Shown piece after piece: positions 22,920-34,084 of a stretch of DNA of 64,000 nt (positions are counted from its first letter, which is position 1; every line of letters begins with the position of its first letter). The stretch covers positions 13,288 through 77,287 of the forward strand of contig CAYOWK010000016.1 in NCBI GenBank assembly GCA_964407665.1. The letters run 5' to 3'. The translations under genes were made by a program, and so were the position numbers. Below the pieces are notes generated by a model that made no database searches, was not told where the DNA came from, and worked only from the letters and a program-made list of their open reading frames with translations. Origin of the DNA: an uncultured Rhizobium sp. GTDB lineage: Bacteria > Pseudomonadota > Alphaproteobacteria > Caulobacterales > Hyphomonadaceae.

Positions 22920-25900
22920 TCAGTAGTCCTTCTTCCAGCGCAGGCGGATCTTGGTGTCGCCATTGCCCTGGGCGGATGAGATGACTGAAACCTCGTCGGT
23001 TGGCTCCCACTCGACTTCGGCGCCGACGCCGCCAGTCCCGCCTGTGCCGACTTCAAGATAGACATCGTCGGCGATATACTTGCCCGCCGAAACAACGGCG
23101 ACGCCGCCCGACGCTCCGATGCTGACGCGGTCGAGGCCGGTTGCGTTGCGCAGAAGGCTGGCGGGATCGAAACCGGCCTGTCCGCCAGCAAGTTGGGTCA
23201 GAGCCGCCGCGAGCTGTGCAGCTTCCAGCGCCGTCAGCTCGGCGGCGGACCGGCCGAACAGCACGCGCGCGAGGATTTCATCCTGCGGGAGCGAGGGGGT
23301 GGATGTCAGCGTGAACTTCGGATCGACCGGCGAGCCGGAGACCGTCACACGCGCCTCGATATCGTCTGTGTCCCGAACCGCCGAAATGTTCAGCCGGGCG
23401 GCCCGGATCGGGCCGTTCAGCTGGATGGTTCCGGTGTTGAAGTCGAACGAGCGGCCGCCAAGGCTGAGATCGCCGCGGACGAGATTTGCCGCGCCCTGGA
23501 CAGAGGGGTTGCTGATCGGACCCGTCACGTGGAAGTCGGCGCCCCATTCCGTGTCGAGGCCACGTCCGAAGATCACGATGCGTCTGGGCGCATCCACCTG
23601 CAGGTCGAGCCGCACGGGCCGGGTCGGAGCGGCCGGCCCACGATCATCCGTCTCGCGCTTCGGGAAGTTGATATAGCGCACGTTCGACAGGGTGGGCACC
23701 GAGGCGGAGGCGGGCAGCTCGATCGAGATGCGCGCCTGCGCCACTGTGAAGTCGCCCTTGACCATCACGGCGTCGGGCGCGAGTTCCAGAGAGCCGTTGC
23801 CGGACATCGTGGCCGAACGGTCGCTGCGTCCCAGCGCCTGGAGTTCGATAGCGCTGAACGCGACGCCGCCGGACAGCAACGGGCCGGACCAGTCGAACTG
23901 GCCGTCAGCGGATAGCCGGCCGCTCTTGCCGTCGACTGCGGACAACCGCGTAATGCGGAGCGAGCGCGTATCGAATTCGCCCGTCGTGGCGATCCGTTCA
24001 AGATGCAGCCCGGTCTCGCCGTGGTCGTAAACACCATCGGTCATGCTGAACCCGCCATCCAGCGCAGGCGAGGACGGCGTTCCAGTGACTCTCACCTCGG
24101 CCGCCAGCTGACCGCGAAGGGCCTGACCCTGCGGACCGAACAGCGCCCACAGCTGCTCGGCGCGACCGTTCAGCTTCACGTCGGCTGTCAGGGGCTCATC
24201 GCGAGCCGGGGTGATGTTGAAGCCGCCGCCAGCGTTCACGAACGCCTTGCCGGATGCCTCCAGCAGGAAGCCTTGTCCGCTTCCTGAAGCCCGCGCCGTG
24301 ACGGTCTCGCCGCGCAGTTGCGCTGAAAGAGCCACGGACACAGCGTCTGTTGTCACGCCGGCCGGGTTGGCGTCGGTCAGTGTCGCCGTCATGTCGCCGG
24401 TGGCGCCTGCACCCGTATTCGAGAACCTGAGATCGCCCGAGATGCGTCCTGTCATCGGATTGAACCGCAGCAAGGTCGTGAGCGGCTCGAGCTGGATGCC
24501 TGACAGGTTGACCTGCGCCGTATGGGCGTCCGGTCCCGATTTCGCGTCTGCGTCCACAGCGCCGCCGAGCACGTTGACGGCGCCATCGACGGACCAGGCT
24601 TGCTCGCCGAATGTCCAGGCCACTGGCTGCGGCGTCGAAACCGGCTCGCCTGCAAACTGTCCGGACAGCTTTGCTCCGCCGCGCCACAACCCGTCTTCTC
24701 GCCGTGCATCGACCGAGATTGTCGTGTCCAGCTGCTCGGCAGCCAGGCCGACAACCCGGGACTGCAGCGTCGCGTTGAGCCCATCCAGGCCAGCGCTTAG
24801 CGACACCTGCCGGAAGCGCAGGTCGCCATACCGAACGTCATTGATCTGCGAGGCCCAGGTCGCCGCCACTCCGTTTTCGGCGGCCGTATCGAAGTATCCC
24901 CGGCCCGTGATGGCGCCCTGTGTGAATCCGGCCAGGCCTGCCAGCGAACCATTCACGGTGAACTCGCCTCGGGCGCCCTCCGCCTCCGACCAGGTCAGCT
25001 CGGGCATGCTGGCCGAAATCGACGCCAGCTGCACGGCGCCGTCGAGAACCCGCCATTCTTCGCCATCGCCGCGGATGCGGCCCGATACGCTGGCCGGTTG
25101 TCCCAGCGATTGTCCTGTCAGGTCGAACCGGCCGTTGGTCTCGCCATTCATCGACAGGCTGGCGCTGCCAGCGACGTCGAGAATGCCCGTTCTGGCGACG
25201 ATGAGTTCGCCATCGCTCAGCGTCATGCGGATGTCCGGGCGCGTGATCGATCCTGTCATCGCGCCCTGGAAGGTCGCACGCGAGACGAGGGCGCCGGGCA
25301 AGCTCAGCGGACGGCGAACCTGCCCGTTGGCTGCGACCGAAATGGCGCCGTTCTCATCGATGCGTCCGTTCAGGCGCGCCGCGATTGCGCCGCCGTCGAT
25401 GGAGCCGGATTCGATCAGCATGCGGCCGTTACGCCAGACGCCCGCAAACACGACATTCGGCGTCCGGCCCATGACCTGCGAGAGGATGTCGATGGACGAG
25501 GCGATACCCGACCCCTTTACGTTCGCCCCCATGCGGAGGGGAGCGCCGGACGACCGCTGAGAAATCGACCACGTTCCACGCGCTGCACCCGAGAGGGGGC
25601 CGAACTCCGAGAGCCGGGCCAGCGCAGCCGAGCCGCCAAACTGCATGGCGCCGGTCTCGACCACGTATTCGCCGCGCGCAGTTACCGAACCCGCAGCGCC
25701 CGTCACCTGCGCCGCCGTGATGTCGACCCGGCGCGTACGGAGGTTGTAGGCTCCGCGCGTCGAGACGGCGTATGCGGCGGGATCGAGGCGAGGAAGGGCG
25801 TCGATGGCAACGCCTTTGGCCTCGGCCTTCTCGATAGTCCACGAGATCGCGCTGCCGTCCTGTGCGACCGTGACCGGACCGGAGACGTCCGAAGCCAGAC

Positions 25901-27056
25901 CGCCTGGAAAATCGAAATCCGCGACAGCTGCAAGCCCGTCGAATGTCCAGCCGGTCAGGCCGGTAAAGGAAACGCGCCCGTTGGCGTTCGCAAGGCCGGT
26001 ATGGTTCGGGATGAAGCGTGCAAGATCGATACGTTCGGCTGTGACTTCCAGCGGCGCCGTCAGGCGGCGGTCGCCGATGTCCGCTTCTCCGCGCAGCTCG
26101 ACGTGGCCGGCGGGGGCGTCAACGGTGATGACCGAGAGTGCGTCGCCGTTGGAGAAGGTCGTGCGGGCGTCGAAGGAAATGTCCTCGCCAGCCAGCTCCG
26201 CGACTGGCTCGGCCAGCGGCCAGCCTGCGAGGGAGAGACGTCCGGATACTGTCGCGATGTCGGCTTCGCGATCGCCGTCGATCACAATGATGGGGCGATC
26301 GCCGAACAGCAGGCGCGCTTTGCCCGCGATCTGGGGCAGCTCGCCGGACAGGTCGGCATCCAGCTTCACGGCGGCGCCATCCGGCGACTGGATCAGCGCG
26401 GCCAGGGCGCCGCCCTGCGGCCCCTCGGCTGAGGCGGAGGCGTTGAACGCGCCGATACCGGTCCATGTCGCGGCGGCCGTCAGCCGGTCGCCGGGCCCCG
26501 ACAGCGGCATCACGTCGAGGTCGACCCTACCGTCGTTGGAGCGGCTGCGCGTGAGGCCGCCCGCAATGCGGTAGGATGCGGCGGGGCCGAACACGCCGTC
26601 GGACACGCGGAAGTCGCCAATGCTTGCTGCGTCGAGCCGGAAGCCGAAGTCGGGCAGACCGCCGCCGTCGTCCGGGCGGTCCACGGGTTCAGGCGTGCGC
26701 CGCATCTCGACGCGCTCGATATCGGCCAGACCGATGGCGAGTTCACGCGAGAACAGGCGCTCTGGCGACCAGGTGAGCGTGATGTTGCGGGCCCGCAGCC
26801 ACTCGCCCTTCACGTCGACGAAGACCAGCTCGTCGAGCGTCATTGAGGAGAGCGGGTCGCCCTTCAGGCCGCTGATGCGGATGGTGCCGAGCGGCCCGAC
26901 TTGCCGTCCATCGACGAACTCGACCAGCATGCTGCGGCCGCTGTCCGTATTGATCCATGCGCGCAGGCCCACCAGCCCGGCAGCGGTCAGGGTGAGGACG
27001 ACACCCGTGCCGGTGACGATCCAGGCCCAGAGAGGGTAGGTGCGTTTTCCAGCCAT
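22920..27056 (-). CDS. tamB: translocation and assembly module subunit TamB (DUF490)
   Basis: 1378 aa. N-terminal TM anchor. Long beta-rich periplasmic body. Start overlaps tamA stop. Confidence 0.8.
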   Translation of the reverse strand: MAGKRTYPLWAWIVTGTGVVLTLTAAGLVGLRAWINTDSGRSMLVEFVDGRQVGPLGTIRISGLKGDPLSSMTLDELVFVDVKGEWLRARNITLTWSPERLFSRELAIGLADIERVEMRRTPEPVDRPDDGGGLPDFGFRLDAASIGDFRVSDGVFGPAASYRIAGGLTRSRSNDGRVDLDVMPLSGPGDRLTAAATWTGIGAFNASASAEGPQGGALAALIQSPDGAAVKLDADLSGELPQIAGKARLLFGDRPIIVIDGDREADIATVSGRLSLAGWPLAEPVAELAGEDISFDARTTFSNGDALSVITVDAPAGHVELRGEADIGDRRLTAPLEVTAERIDLARFIPNHTGLANANGRVSFTGLTGWTFDGLAAVADFDFPGGLASDVSGPVTVAQDGSAISWTIEKAEAKGVAIDALPRLDPAAYAVSTRGAYNLRTRRVDITAAQVTGAAGSVTARGEYVVETGAMQFGGSAALARLSEFGPLSGAARGTWSISQRSSGAPLRMGANVKGSGIASSIDILSQVMGRTPNVVFAGVWRNGRMLIESGSIDGGAIAARLNGRIDENGAISVAANGQVRRPLSLPGALVSRATFQGAMTGSITRPDIRMTLSDGELIVARTGILDVAGSASLSMNGETNGRFDLTGQSLGQPASVSGRIRGDGEEWRVLDGAVQLASISASMPELTWSEAEGARGEFTVNGSLAGLAGFTQGAITGRGYFDTAAENGVAATWASQINDVRYGDLRFRQVSLSAGLDGLNATLQSRVVGLAAEQLDTTISVDARREDGLWRGGAKLSGQFAGEPVSTPQPVAWTFGEQAWSVDGAVNVLGGAVDADAKSGPDAHTAQVNLSGIQLEPLTTLLRFNPMTGRISGDLRFSNTGAGATGDMTATLTDANPAGVTTDAVSVALSAQLRGETVTARASGSGQGFLLEASGKAFVNAGGGFNITPARDEPLTADVKLNGRAEQLWALFGPQGQALRGQLAAEVRVTGTPSSPALDGGFSMTDGVYDHGETGLHLERIATTGEFDTRSLRITRLSAVDGKSGRLSADGQFDWSGPLLSGGVAFSAIELQALGRSDRSATMSGNGSLELAPDAVMVKGDFTVAQARISIELPASASVPTLSNVRYINFPKRETDDRGPAAPTRPVRLDLQVDAPRRIVIFGRGLDTEWGADFHVTGPISNPSVQGAANLVRGDLSLGGRSFDFNTGTIQLNGPIRAARLNISAVRDTDDIEARVTVSGSPVDPKFTLTSTPSLPQDEILARVLFGRSAAELTALEAAQLAAALTQLAGGQAGFDPASLLRNATGLDRVSIGASGGVAVVSAGKYIADDVYLEVGTGGTGGVGAEVEWEPTDEVSVISSAQGNGDTKIRLRWKKDY

Positions 27057-28846
27057 CAGAACGCCTGCCCGATGGAGAGATAGATCTGGAAGTCGCCGTC
27101 GCCCTCACGCTTGTCGAGCGGGATGGCGATGTCGGCGCGGATGGGGCCAAATCCTGCATAGTAGCGGACCCCCAAACCCGCGCCCATTCGCATGTCTTCG
27201 AAGGGCGGTTCGATGCCTTCGCCAGCCGCACCCGCATCGAGGAAGCCAACAAAGCCGAGGCTCTCGCTGAAGCGCCAGCGCAGCTCGGCGCTGGTCTCGA
27301 CGATAGAGCGTCCGCCGCTCAGTTCGCCGGCGGCATTCCGCGGCGACAGCGACTGGTACTCATAGCCGCGAACGGATCCGCCGCCGCCTGCGAAGAACAG
27401 CCGGTCCGGCGGCGCGCCATCCGGGCCAAGAATGGCGCCGACGCGGCCGCGCAGCGCCGCCGTCACGTTGCTGGTGAACGCATCGCCATAGATCGACGCC
27501 TCGCCGCTGATGCGCGTGAAGCCGATGTTGGTGTCTCCGAATGTCACGCCCGGCTCGACGGCCAGCCGCGCCCGGACGCCATCCTGGGGATCAAGGATAT
27601 CTCGCACGCCGACATACTCACCCGCCACCGCGGCAGAAAGAAGGTAGACCTCGCGCCGTCCTGCACCGAGGGCGCGGGCGCGCTCATCGTTGATGCTGGC
27701 ATAGACAGCCTCGCCCGTGAGGGAGGCGAGGAAGCGTGGCGTGAACTGTTCCTCGATCATGGCCGTGACGCCGCCGCCTGTCAGATCGTAGGCGTCTGTT
27801 TCGACGTTTTCCGCCCCGATACTGATGCTTGTGTCGCGTCCGTAACGTCCGACATTCGGCCGCTCGTATTTTGCTTCCACACTGCTGTTCAACGTGGCGA
27901 TGCCGGCGCGCAGCGAGAGCGTGTCGCCGCGGCCCGTGAGGTTGCGTCGATCCCATTCACCCTCGACGCCATACCCTTCGCTGGTGGACGCCGAGCCGCC
28001 GAGCGCGATGGTGTGGCGCGGCCGTTCGGTCACCTCGACCAGGACGTCGCGAGCCGGCGCGCCGGTTGCGTTTTCGGGCGTGGGCGACAGCTGGGCGGAC
28101 GACGCATCGAACAGCCCGGTCTCTGCAAGACGCGAACGGTACTCGTCCATCTGCCGGGGCGAGAACAGCTCGCCCTCTTTCCAGGGGCGCAGCCTGCGGA
28201 GATAAGCCGGGTCGGTCTTCTCCGTTCCGCTGACCAGGACCTCGCCAAACGAAGCCCGCAGGCCGGGCTTGAGCCTGAAGGTGATGTCGACGGTATCGAG
28301 TGCACCGTCCGCCAGTGCATCGACCGGATCGGCTTCGGCGTCCGCATATCCCGATGCGCGCAGGATCCGGACCATAGCGTCGCCGATCTCGATGACCGGT
28401 TGCGCGCGCGCAGGTTCACCGATTGCGATCCCGTCCCGAATCGTATCGACAGCGTCCTGGGTCTTCTGGTCGGGCGGCGGCCCAAGATACTCGACCGCTA
28501 TCGCCCCGAAGGTGAACAGTGGTCCGGGCGTCAGGCGCACGGAACGGGTGAAGGTCTCGGCTCCGCCCGCTTCAGGCTCGATCTCGGCCTTGTAGTAGCC
28601 TTCCGATTCCATCAGCCGGGCGACGAGCGCTCCGGCCCGGTCGGCCTGGCGGCGCGCCTCGAACAGGCTGTCGGGGCGGGGCTCCTCCGGCAGCAGGCGG
28701 CGAGCCTCGTCGCGCAGGCCGGCTGGCAATCCCTCAACTGTTACGCGGCTTTGTTGAGCATGCGCCGCTCCGGTCGCCGCAAACAGCAGCGCTGTGGCAA
28801 AAAGCCCGGCCGCCCGCAGGCGAAGGATGGGAGAACGGGGCGACAT
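27056..28846 (-). CDS. tamA: translocation and assembly module subunit TamA (Omp85/BamA family, POTRA + beta-barrel)
   Basis: Start set at ATG 28844-28846 (MSPRSPILRLRAAGLFATALLFAATGAAHA) with GGAG RBS. C-terminal ...YLSIGQAF barrel terminus. Confidence 0.75.
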   Translation of the reverse strand: MSPRSPILRLRAAGLFATALLFAATGAAHAQQSRVTVEGLPAGLRDEARRLLPEEPRPDSLFEARRQADRAGALVARLMESEGYYKAEIEPEAGGAETFTRSVRLTPGPLFTFGAIAVEYLGPPPDQKTQDAVDTIRDGIAIGEPARAQPVIEIGDAMVRILRASGYADAEADPVDALADGALDTVDITFRLKPGLRASFGEVLVSGTEKTDPAYLRRLRPWKEGELFSPRQMDEYRSRLAETGLFDASSAQLSPTPENATGAPARDVLVEVTERPRHTIALGGSASTSEGYGVEGEWDRRNLTGRGDTLSLRAGIATLNSSVEAKYERPNVGRYGRDTSISIGAENVETDAYDLTGGGVTAMIEEQFTPRFLASLTGEAVYASINDERARALGAGRREVYLLSAAVAGEYVGVRDILDPQDGVRARLAVEPGVTFGDTNIGFTRISGEASIYGDAFTSNVTAALRGRVGAILGPDGAPPDRLFFAGGGGSVRGYEYQSLSPRNAAGELSGGRSIVETSAELRWRFSESLGFVGFLDAGAAGEGIEPPFEDMRMGAGLGVRYYAGFGPIRADIAIPLDKREGDGDFQIYLSIGQAF

Positions 28847-28967
28847 GAACTCCACACAAAGCGCAGGGGCGCCGACGGCGTTCCGTACGCCAAGCAATCG
28901 GCGCGCCGCGCCATAGCGTAACGTCAACCCCTGTTACGTCCGAAAACTGCGGCAGGATCGTGGACGA

Positions 28968-30119
28968 TTACTGCGCGGCGCCGAAGTATTTCGCGAGCAC
29001 CCGGTAATATATCCGGCAAAGTGTTTCGATTTCGTCGATTGCAGTGTGTTCATCGACTGAATGGGCGGTCTCGTTGCGCAGTCCGAGTTCCGCCACCGGG
29101 CAGTAGTCCTTGATCCAGCGGGCGTCGGATGTTCCGCCGCCTGTGGTCAGTTGCGGGGTGCGGCCGGTTTCCGCCCGCACGGCGTCCAGCACCAGATCCG
29201 TCAGCGGGCCAGGGGCGGTGTAGAACGCTTCGCCGGAGATCTTCGTCTCCACGGATACTGATACGCCGCCAGCCGAGCCCTCCACGGCTTCCCTGATGCG
29301 GCGGGCGAGGTCGGCCCCGGTATGGTTGGGGTTGAAGCGTATGTTGAACATCGCCTTCGCAGAGGCGGGCACCACGTTGTGGGCTGTATTCCCGACATCG
29401 ACCGAGGTGATTTCGAGGTGTGAGGGCTGGAAGCCCGGGCTGCCGTCGTCGAGCTTCAGACTGCGGAGTTTTTCCAGCGCGTCCAGGAGGTAGGGCACCG
29501 GGTTGGCGGCCTTGTGAGGGTAGGCGACATGGCCCTGCTTGCCGACGGCCTTCACGACGCCGTTTATGCTGCCCCTGCGCCCATTCTTCACCACATCGCC
29601 CAGCTGGTCTTCGGAGGTCGGCTCCCCGACAATGCAGACATCCAGCTTCTCGCCATCAGCGGCCACGGCGGGCAGGAAGACGCGCATGCCATAGGTGCCA
29701 GGGCCTTCCTCATCGCCGGAAATCAGCAGCGAAATCGAGCCGTCCGGCGCGCCATGATCGTCCAGATAGCGCGCGGTTGCAGAGATGAACGCGGCAATCG
29801 CGGCCTTCATGTCGACCGTTCCGCGGCCATACATGATACCGCCCTCTATCTCCGCCCCGAAGGGATCGTGCTTCCAGCCCGCCTCATCGCCGACCGGGAC
29901 GACGTCCGTGTGTCCCGAGAAGCAGAAATTGCGTCCCGAATTGCCCAGGCGGGCATAGAGATTGTTGGTCGTTTCAATGGGATAGCGGCGCGTCCAGAAT
30001 CCCAGTCGCTCCATCGCCTCCGCGATTACGTCCTGGGCGCCGTCATCGCAGGGCGTAACGGTCGGTTTGCGGATCAGCGCCTGAGTGAGGGCGACGGGGT
30101 CTTTCAGGTCATCATTCAT
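28968..30119 (-). CDS. dapE: succinyl-diaminopimelate desuccinylase
   Basis: M20 peptidase fold. GHTDVVP, ISGDEEG and GHVAYPH motifs. Confidence 0.85.
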   Translation of the reverse strand: MNDDLKDPVALTQALIRKPTVTPCDDGAQDVIAEAMERLGFWTRRYPIETTNNLYARLGNSGRNFCFSGHTDVVPVGDEAGWKHDPFGAEIEGGIMYGRGTVDMKAAIAAFISATARYLDDHGAPDGSISLLISGDEEGPGTYGMRVFLPAVAADGEKLDVCIVGEPTSEDQLGDVVKNGRRGSINGVVKAVGKQGHVAYPHKAANPVPYLLDALEKLRSLKLDDGSPGFQPSHLEITSVDVGNTAHNVVPASAKAMFNIRFNPNHTGADLARRIREAVEGSAGGVSVSVETKISGEAFYTAPGPLTDLVLDAVRAETGRTPQLTTGGGTSDARWIKDYCPVAELGLRNETAHSVDEHTAIDEIETLCRIYYRVLAKYFGAAQ

Positions 30120-30228
30120 GTCGCATCTTTAGCCGCTCGGAGCCTGAAACGAAAGCGATGGAGGCCGGGATTCACCCGGCAAAATCAAGGTTACCGGTTG
30201 CTCTTGCTGTTCCTTCCCAAGCGCCGGT

Positions 30229-31581
30229 ATGACTTGTCTGCGGGACGCCCGCATCCCGCTCCAGTCCCATACCGGGACATCGGGGCCGGGACAGAAGGAC
30301 ACGCGGCAGGTGAACGAGCTCCGTCGCAAGAGCCAGACGCCCTCAAGCGCTCCGCCGGTTGAACAACCGGAGCAGCCGCAAGGCGAACCCGCGCCACACC
30401 CGGCTGCGTCCCTCCACGTATTCCCTCGCGATCCGTTCAAGGAGCTGGCCGAGCTGCGCGGCCGCAAGCGGCCCCGCGCCATGGCCTGGGGCCCGGCCGG
30501 ACAGGACCCGTTCCGCCGGCGTCCCGATGCGTTCAAGCCGAATGTCCGCAAGGATGCGCCGCCACCCCGGGCGGAGGCGAAGCCGTCGTCACCGCCAGCG
30601 CCAGCTCCCACACCGCAGTCCGGGCCCGCGGCGCCGGCTGTACCGCCGCCGTTGCTGCTGATCCCGCCGGGCGAAGTCTTCCTCGATCAGGACGCCGCTG
30701 TCGGAACACCTTCTGGAGCCCCCCTCAGTGCTGCCGCCCTGGCGCCCGAAGCGCCTGCCCCGGCTCCGTCTGCAGCGAGGCCCGAACCCACCGCCCGTCG
30801 CGACTACTATGGCCGGGGCGGTTCGGGCGGTTCGGGCGGAGGCGACCCGCCAAAGCCGAAACGTTTTGACCAGGACGATATTGCCGCAGCGATCATGGCT
30901 CTCCTGCTCCTCCTCGCAATCGGATGGGGGGCGATGAGTCTGCTGGGCCACCGGAGCGACGGGACGGATGATCGCCGCCTGCTGCCCCAGTCGGCCGCGA
31001 TCGATCCGGAACCGGCGCCTGCGCCCGATCCGTTCGCTGGCGCGCCTGTCGACCTGACGCCTCGCTCAGTGCTCCCGGCGGTTCCATCCGAAGATCCCTC
31101 GCCTGTTCCCGAGGCTGTATCGCCCCAGACGGCGCTTGCAGCAGCGCCCCAGCCCGATACGGCGGCCGCGCCCGGCACGGCTCCGACCTGCGATCCGTCG
31201 CGTGTGGTGCGCGCCTATTTCTGCACGGCGAAGGCCGATCTCACGCCGCAATCGCGAGCGGCTCTGGAACGCCAGATCAAGGAAATGGGATCCTGCACCG
31301 ACGGTCGAGAATGGGTTGTCCGGGGCTTCACCGATACGCGCGGCGCCGAGACCTTCAACACCGAGCTGGCGGCGCGGCGTGCGGCCAGCGTTGCAAGCGT
31401 GCTGCGCTCCAGCGGTCTCACGGTCACGGAAGTGGTGGGCGTCGGCAAGCTGACCGACATGGAGCAGGGGCAGAACTGCGCCAACCAGCGCCGCGTCGAT
31501 GTCAGCCTGAAGACATCCCTGCCGCCGTCCAACCGCGCCTGCGCGCCGTTGCCGGAAGATGAAGCGCTGATCTGTCCGTAG
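30229..31581 (+). CDS. OmpA-family protein with long Pro/Ala-rich N-terminal region and a central TM segment
   Basis: C-terminal OmpA-like peptidoglycan-binding motif (VRGFTDTRGAETFNTELAARRAASVASVL...NRRVDVSL). Internal TM IAAAIMALLLLLAIGWGAMSLL. Start uncertain. Confidence 0.5.
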   Translation: MTCLRDARIPLQSHTGTSGPGQKDTRQVNELRRKSQTPSSAPPVEQPEQPQGEPAPHPAASLHVFPRDPFKELAELRGRKRPRAMAWGPAGQDPFRRRPDAFKPNVRKDAPPPRAEAKPSSPPAPAPTPQSGPAAPAVPPPLLLIPPGEVFLDQDAAVGTPSGAPLSAAALAPEAPAPAPSAARPEPTARRDYYGRGGSGGSGGGDPPKPKRFDQDDIAAAIMALLLLLAIGWGAMSLLGHRSDGTDDRRLLPQSAAIDPEPAPAPDPFAGAPVDLTPRSVLPAVPSEDPSPVPEAVSPQTALAAAPQPDTAAAPGTAPTCDPSRVVRAYFCTAKADLTPQSRAALERQIKEMGSCTDGREWVVRGFTDTRGAETFNTELAARRAASVASVLRSSGLTVTEVVGVGKLTDMEQGQNCANQRRVDVSLKTSLPPSNRACAPLPEDEALICP

Positions 31582-31668
31582 AGCGCGTTGCATTCCGAAG
31601 GGACGCGGTTGCGCGTTCAAGCAGCGCGCTCAACGTGCGTCCGTCAAAGCGCGGATAATGTCTGTCGG

Positions 31669-32094
31669 TCAGGAGGTGCGGCGGCGGACCAGCTTCAGGC
31701 CCGACCAGTCGGCGTCCACCGCGCACACCTTGATGTCGACCAGACCCATCGGGAGGGCGAGACTGCGAATGCCGTCCTCCGTCAGGTCTCGGTGCAGAGG
31801 CGACGTCTTCTTGGGCCACGAGACCCAGATCATGCCGCCCGTTGCAAGATGCGCCTCTGCCTGTGGCAGGCGCTCCTGCAGTTCGGCGGTGTCGCGCACA
31901 AACAGGTGGAGGAAGTTGAACTCTCCGCTGGCCGGTACGCTGCGTGCGGCGGGGATGGAATGGTCTTCCATCAGCGCGCCATAGTTGGCAGGCGCACCGA
32001 TAGCGATGGCTGTCATCTCCGCCTTCACGCCCAGCTTCTTCGCGAGCGGCTTGCCGGAGTAGCCGTGGGCGTCGCTCTCGGGCTGGCGAGGCAT
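31669..32094 (-). CDS. hypothetical protein (DUF3052-like)
   Basis: 141-aa conserved hypothetical. Stop 4 bp upstream of dapD start (operon). Confidence 0.5.
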   Translation of the reverse strand: MPRQPESDAHGYSGKPLAKKLGVKAEMTAIAIGAPANYGALMEDHSIPAARSVPASGEFNFLHLFVRDTAELQERLPQAEAHLATGGMIWVSWPKKTSPLHRDLTEDGIRSLALPMGLVDIKVCAVDADWSGLKLVRRRTS

Positions 32095-32097
32095 GTC

Positions 32098-32967
32098 TCA
32101 GGCCCTCAGAAGGTCGTTGACGCTGGTCTTCGCGCGTGTGCCGGCGTCGACCTGCTTCACGATGACCGCGCAGTAGAGGCTGGGTCCCCAGTTCTGACCG
32201 GGCATCGTGGCAGTGGCCGGGCGGTTGCCGGCGACGACAACAGAGTAGGGCGGCACCTCGCCATACAGGGTCTCGCCCGTGGCGCGGTTGATGATTGGCG
32301 TCGACTGGCCGAGATAGACGCCCATGCCGATCACCGATCCCTGACGTACGATCACGCCCTCGGCAACTTCGGAGCGCGCGCCCACGAAGCAGTCGTCCTC
32401 GATGATGACGGGATTGGCCTGCAGCGGCTCCAGCACGCCGCCGATGCCGACGCCGCCTGACAGGTGGCAGCGCTTGCCGATCTGGGCGCATGAGCCAACC
32501 GTGGTCCAGGTGTCGACCATCGTGCCTTCGCCGACATAGGCGCCAATGTTCACGAAGCTCGGCATCAGGACCACGTCCGGCGCGATGTAGGACCCACGGC
32601 GCACGACGGCGCCCGGAACCGCCCGGAAAGCGCCGGCGGAGAATTCGGCGTCGCTCCAGCCGGAGAATTTCGAGGGCACCTTGTCCCACCAGGCGCCGTC
32701 GCCGGGACCGTTCGAGACGCGGACGTTCGGGTTCAGCCGGAAGGACAGCAGCACGGCTTTCTTCAGCCACTGGTTGACGGTCCAGCCGCCGTTACCGTCC
32801 GGCTCGGCGACGCGGCGGCGGCCAGCGTCCAGATCGGCCAGCGCCGTTTCGACCGCCTTGCGGGCTTCGCCCTGCGTGCCGGCGTTGAGCGAGGCGCGAT
32901 CCTCCCAGGCTGCGTCGATGGCCGTGGACAGGCTGGCGGTGTCGGACAACGGGCGATCCTCCCTCAA
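32098..32967 (-). CDS. dapD: 2,3,4,5-tetrahydropyridine-2,6-dicarboxylate N-succinyltransferase
   Basis: Left-handed beta-helix hexapeptide repeats. The DapD-type N-terminal region is present. Confidence 0.85.
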   Translation of the reverse strand: MREDRPLSDTASLSTAIDAAWEDRASLNAGTQGEARKAVETALADLDAGRRRVAEPDGNGGWTVNQWLKKAVLLSFRLNPNVRVSNGPGDGAWWDKVPSKFSGWSDAEFSAGAFRAVPGAVVRRGSYIAPDVVLMPSFVNIGAYVGEGTMVDTWTTVGSCAQIGKRCHLSGGVGIGGVLEPLQANPVIIEDDCFVGARSEVAEGVIVRQGSVIGMGVYLGQSTPIINRATGETLYGEVPPYSVVVAGNRPATATMPGQNWGPSLYCAVIVKQVDAGTRAKTSVNDLLRA

Positions 32968-33031
32968 TCAAAGGTGAGGGCGTTTAGCCCACGCCGGACG
33001 CCAAGCCAAGGTGAATGCGTCCGGCGCGGCC

Positions 33032-34084
33032 TCAGGGCGTTGCAGGTGCGCTGAAGCTGCGGTCGAAGAACTCGTAGACAAGCTTTCCATCTTCGGGCGC
33101 TGGCGTTTCGGCGAATTTTTCCTGGCGGAAATGCCGCTTGGCGCATTCTTCCTGCCCGAGAATCGCGAACTTCGAGCGCGAGATGCAGAAGCCGGTGGCG
33201 GCGGCCTTGAGGCGCCGCACGCCCTGCGGCGTCGCCTGCTCGGCATAGACGTAATGCGGGGCCGCGATCAGGCTTTCGTCAACAACCCGGACGCAACCGC
33301 CCGCTTCAAGTGACCACCAGCCGCGCGATTCCCATCCATCGGGACGGCGGCGCGCCATCGCGGCCAGTATCTTCGCATCCGTGCGGTTGCAAAGCATCAT
33401 GCCGACCGCGAGGGAGCGGTTGCGCGCGACATCTTCGAGGATGTCGACCAGTTCCACATCACTCGTCTTCGCGGGCAGGCTGCGCTCGGTCAGGAAGGTC
33501 GCCAGCGCGGCGCGGGAACGCCGTTGCAGATATCCGTCAATGGCGTCCGAATCGACGCCCGCATCCGAGAGAAGGCGCTGCAGGCCAGCTGCCAGCGCCG
33601 ACTGGCCGGGCTTGTCGTAGGGCTCGGTCTCCTTGAACGTCATCTGGCCGCCCGACGACTTGTCGATGCGGACGGCGCTGAACATGCGCTGTTCGAGGCC
33701 CACGGAGGCGCAGGAGGACGGGCTTTCGACCGCGAACGATCCGTTGGGATCAACACAGAGCGGCACGTCGCCGTTCCAGACGCGTTGACCGCCGCGGTGG
33801 GCGGAAGAGGATCGCGCGTAGGTGAAGTAGATGCCGGGCCGCAGCGGCGCCGGGATCGCCACGCGGCATTCGCCGGGGCGTAATCTGCGCCATCCTTCGA
33901 CAATCACCCGGTCGCCCTGCGGACGGCCCGTCGCGGCTTCCAGAACAAAACTGGTCTGGTTGCAGATCTGCCAGCCGGATGACGATTGCGCCTGAACCGG
34001 CGCGGCAAGGACAGCGGCGGCCAGAAGCGATCCGAGGATCGCCAGCCAGATGCCGGCTCTACTGGATAAGCGTCCCCGCTCCAT
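33032..34084 (-). CDS. DUF1036-like secreted protein
   Basis: Signal peptide. Repeated GW(Q/W)..CN.T / [10 protein letters not shown] modules. Overlaps argB 3' end by 26 bp. Confidence 0.55.
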   Translation of the reverse strand: MERGRLSSRAGIWLAILGSLLAAAVLAAPVQAQSSSGWQICNQTSFVLEAATGRPQGDRVIVEGWRRLRPGECRVAIPAPLRPGIYFTYARSSSAHRGGQRVWNGDVPLCVDPNGSFAVESPSSCASVGLEQRMFSAVRIDKSSGGQMTFKETEPYDKPGQSALAAGLQRLLSDAGVDSDAIDGYLQRRSRAALATFLTERSLPAKTSDVELVDILEDVARNRSLAVGMMLCNRTDAKILAAMARRRPDGWESRGWWSLEAGGCVRVVDESLIAAPHYVYAEQATPQGVRRLKAAATGFCISRSKFAILGQEECAKRHFRQEKFAETPAPEDGKLVYEFFDRSFSAPATP

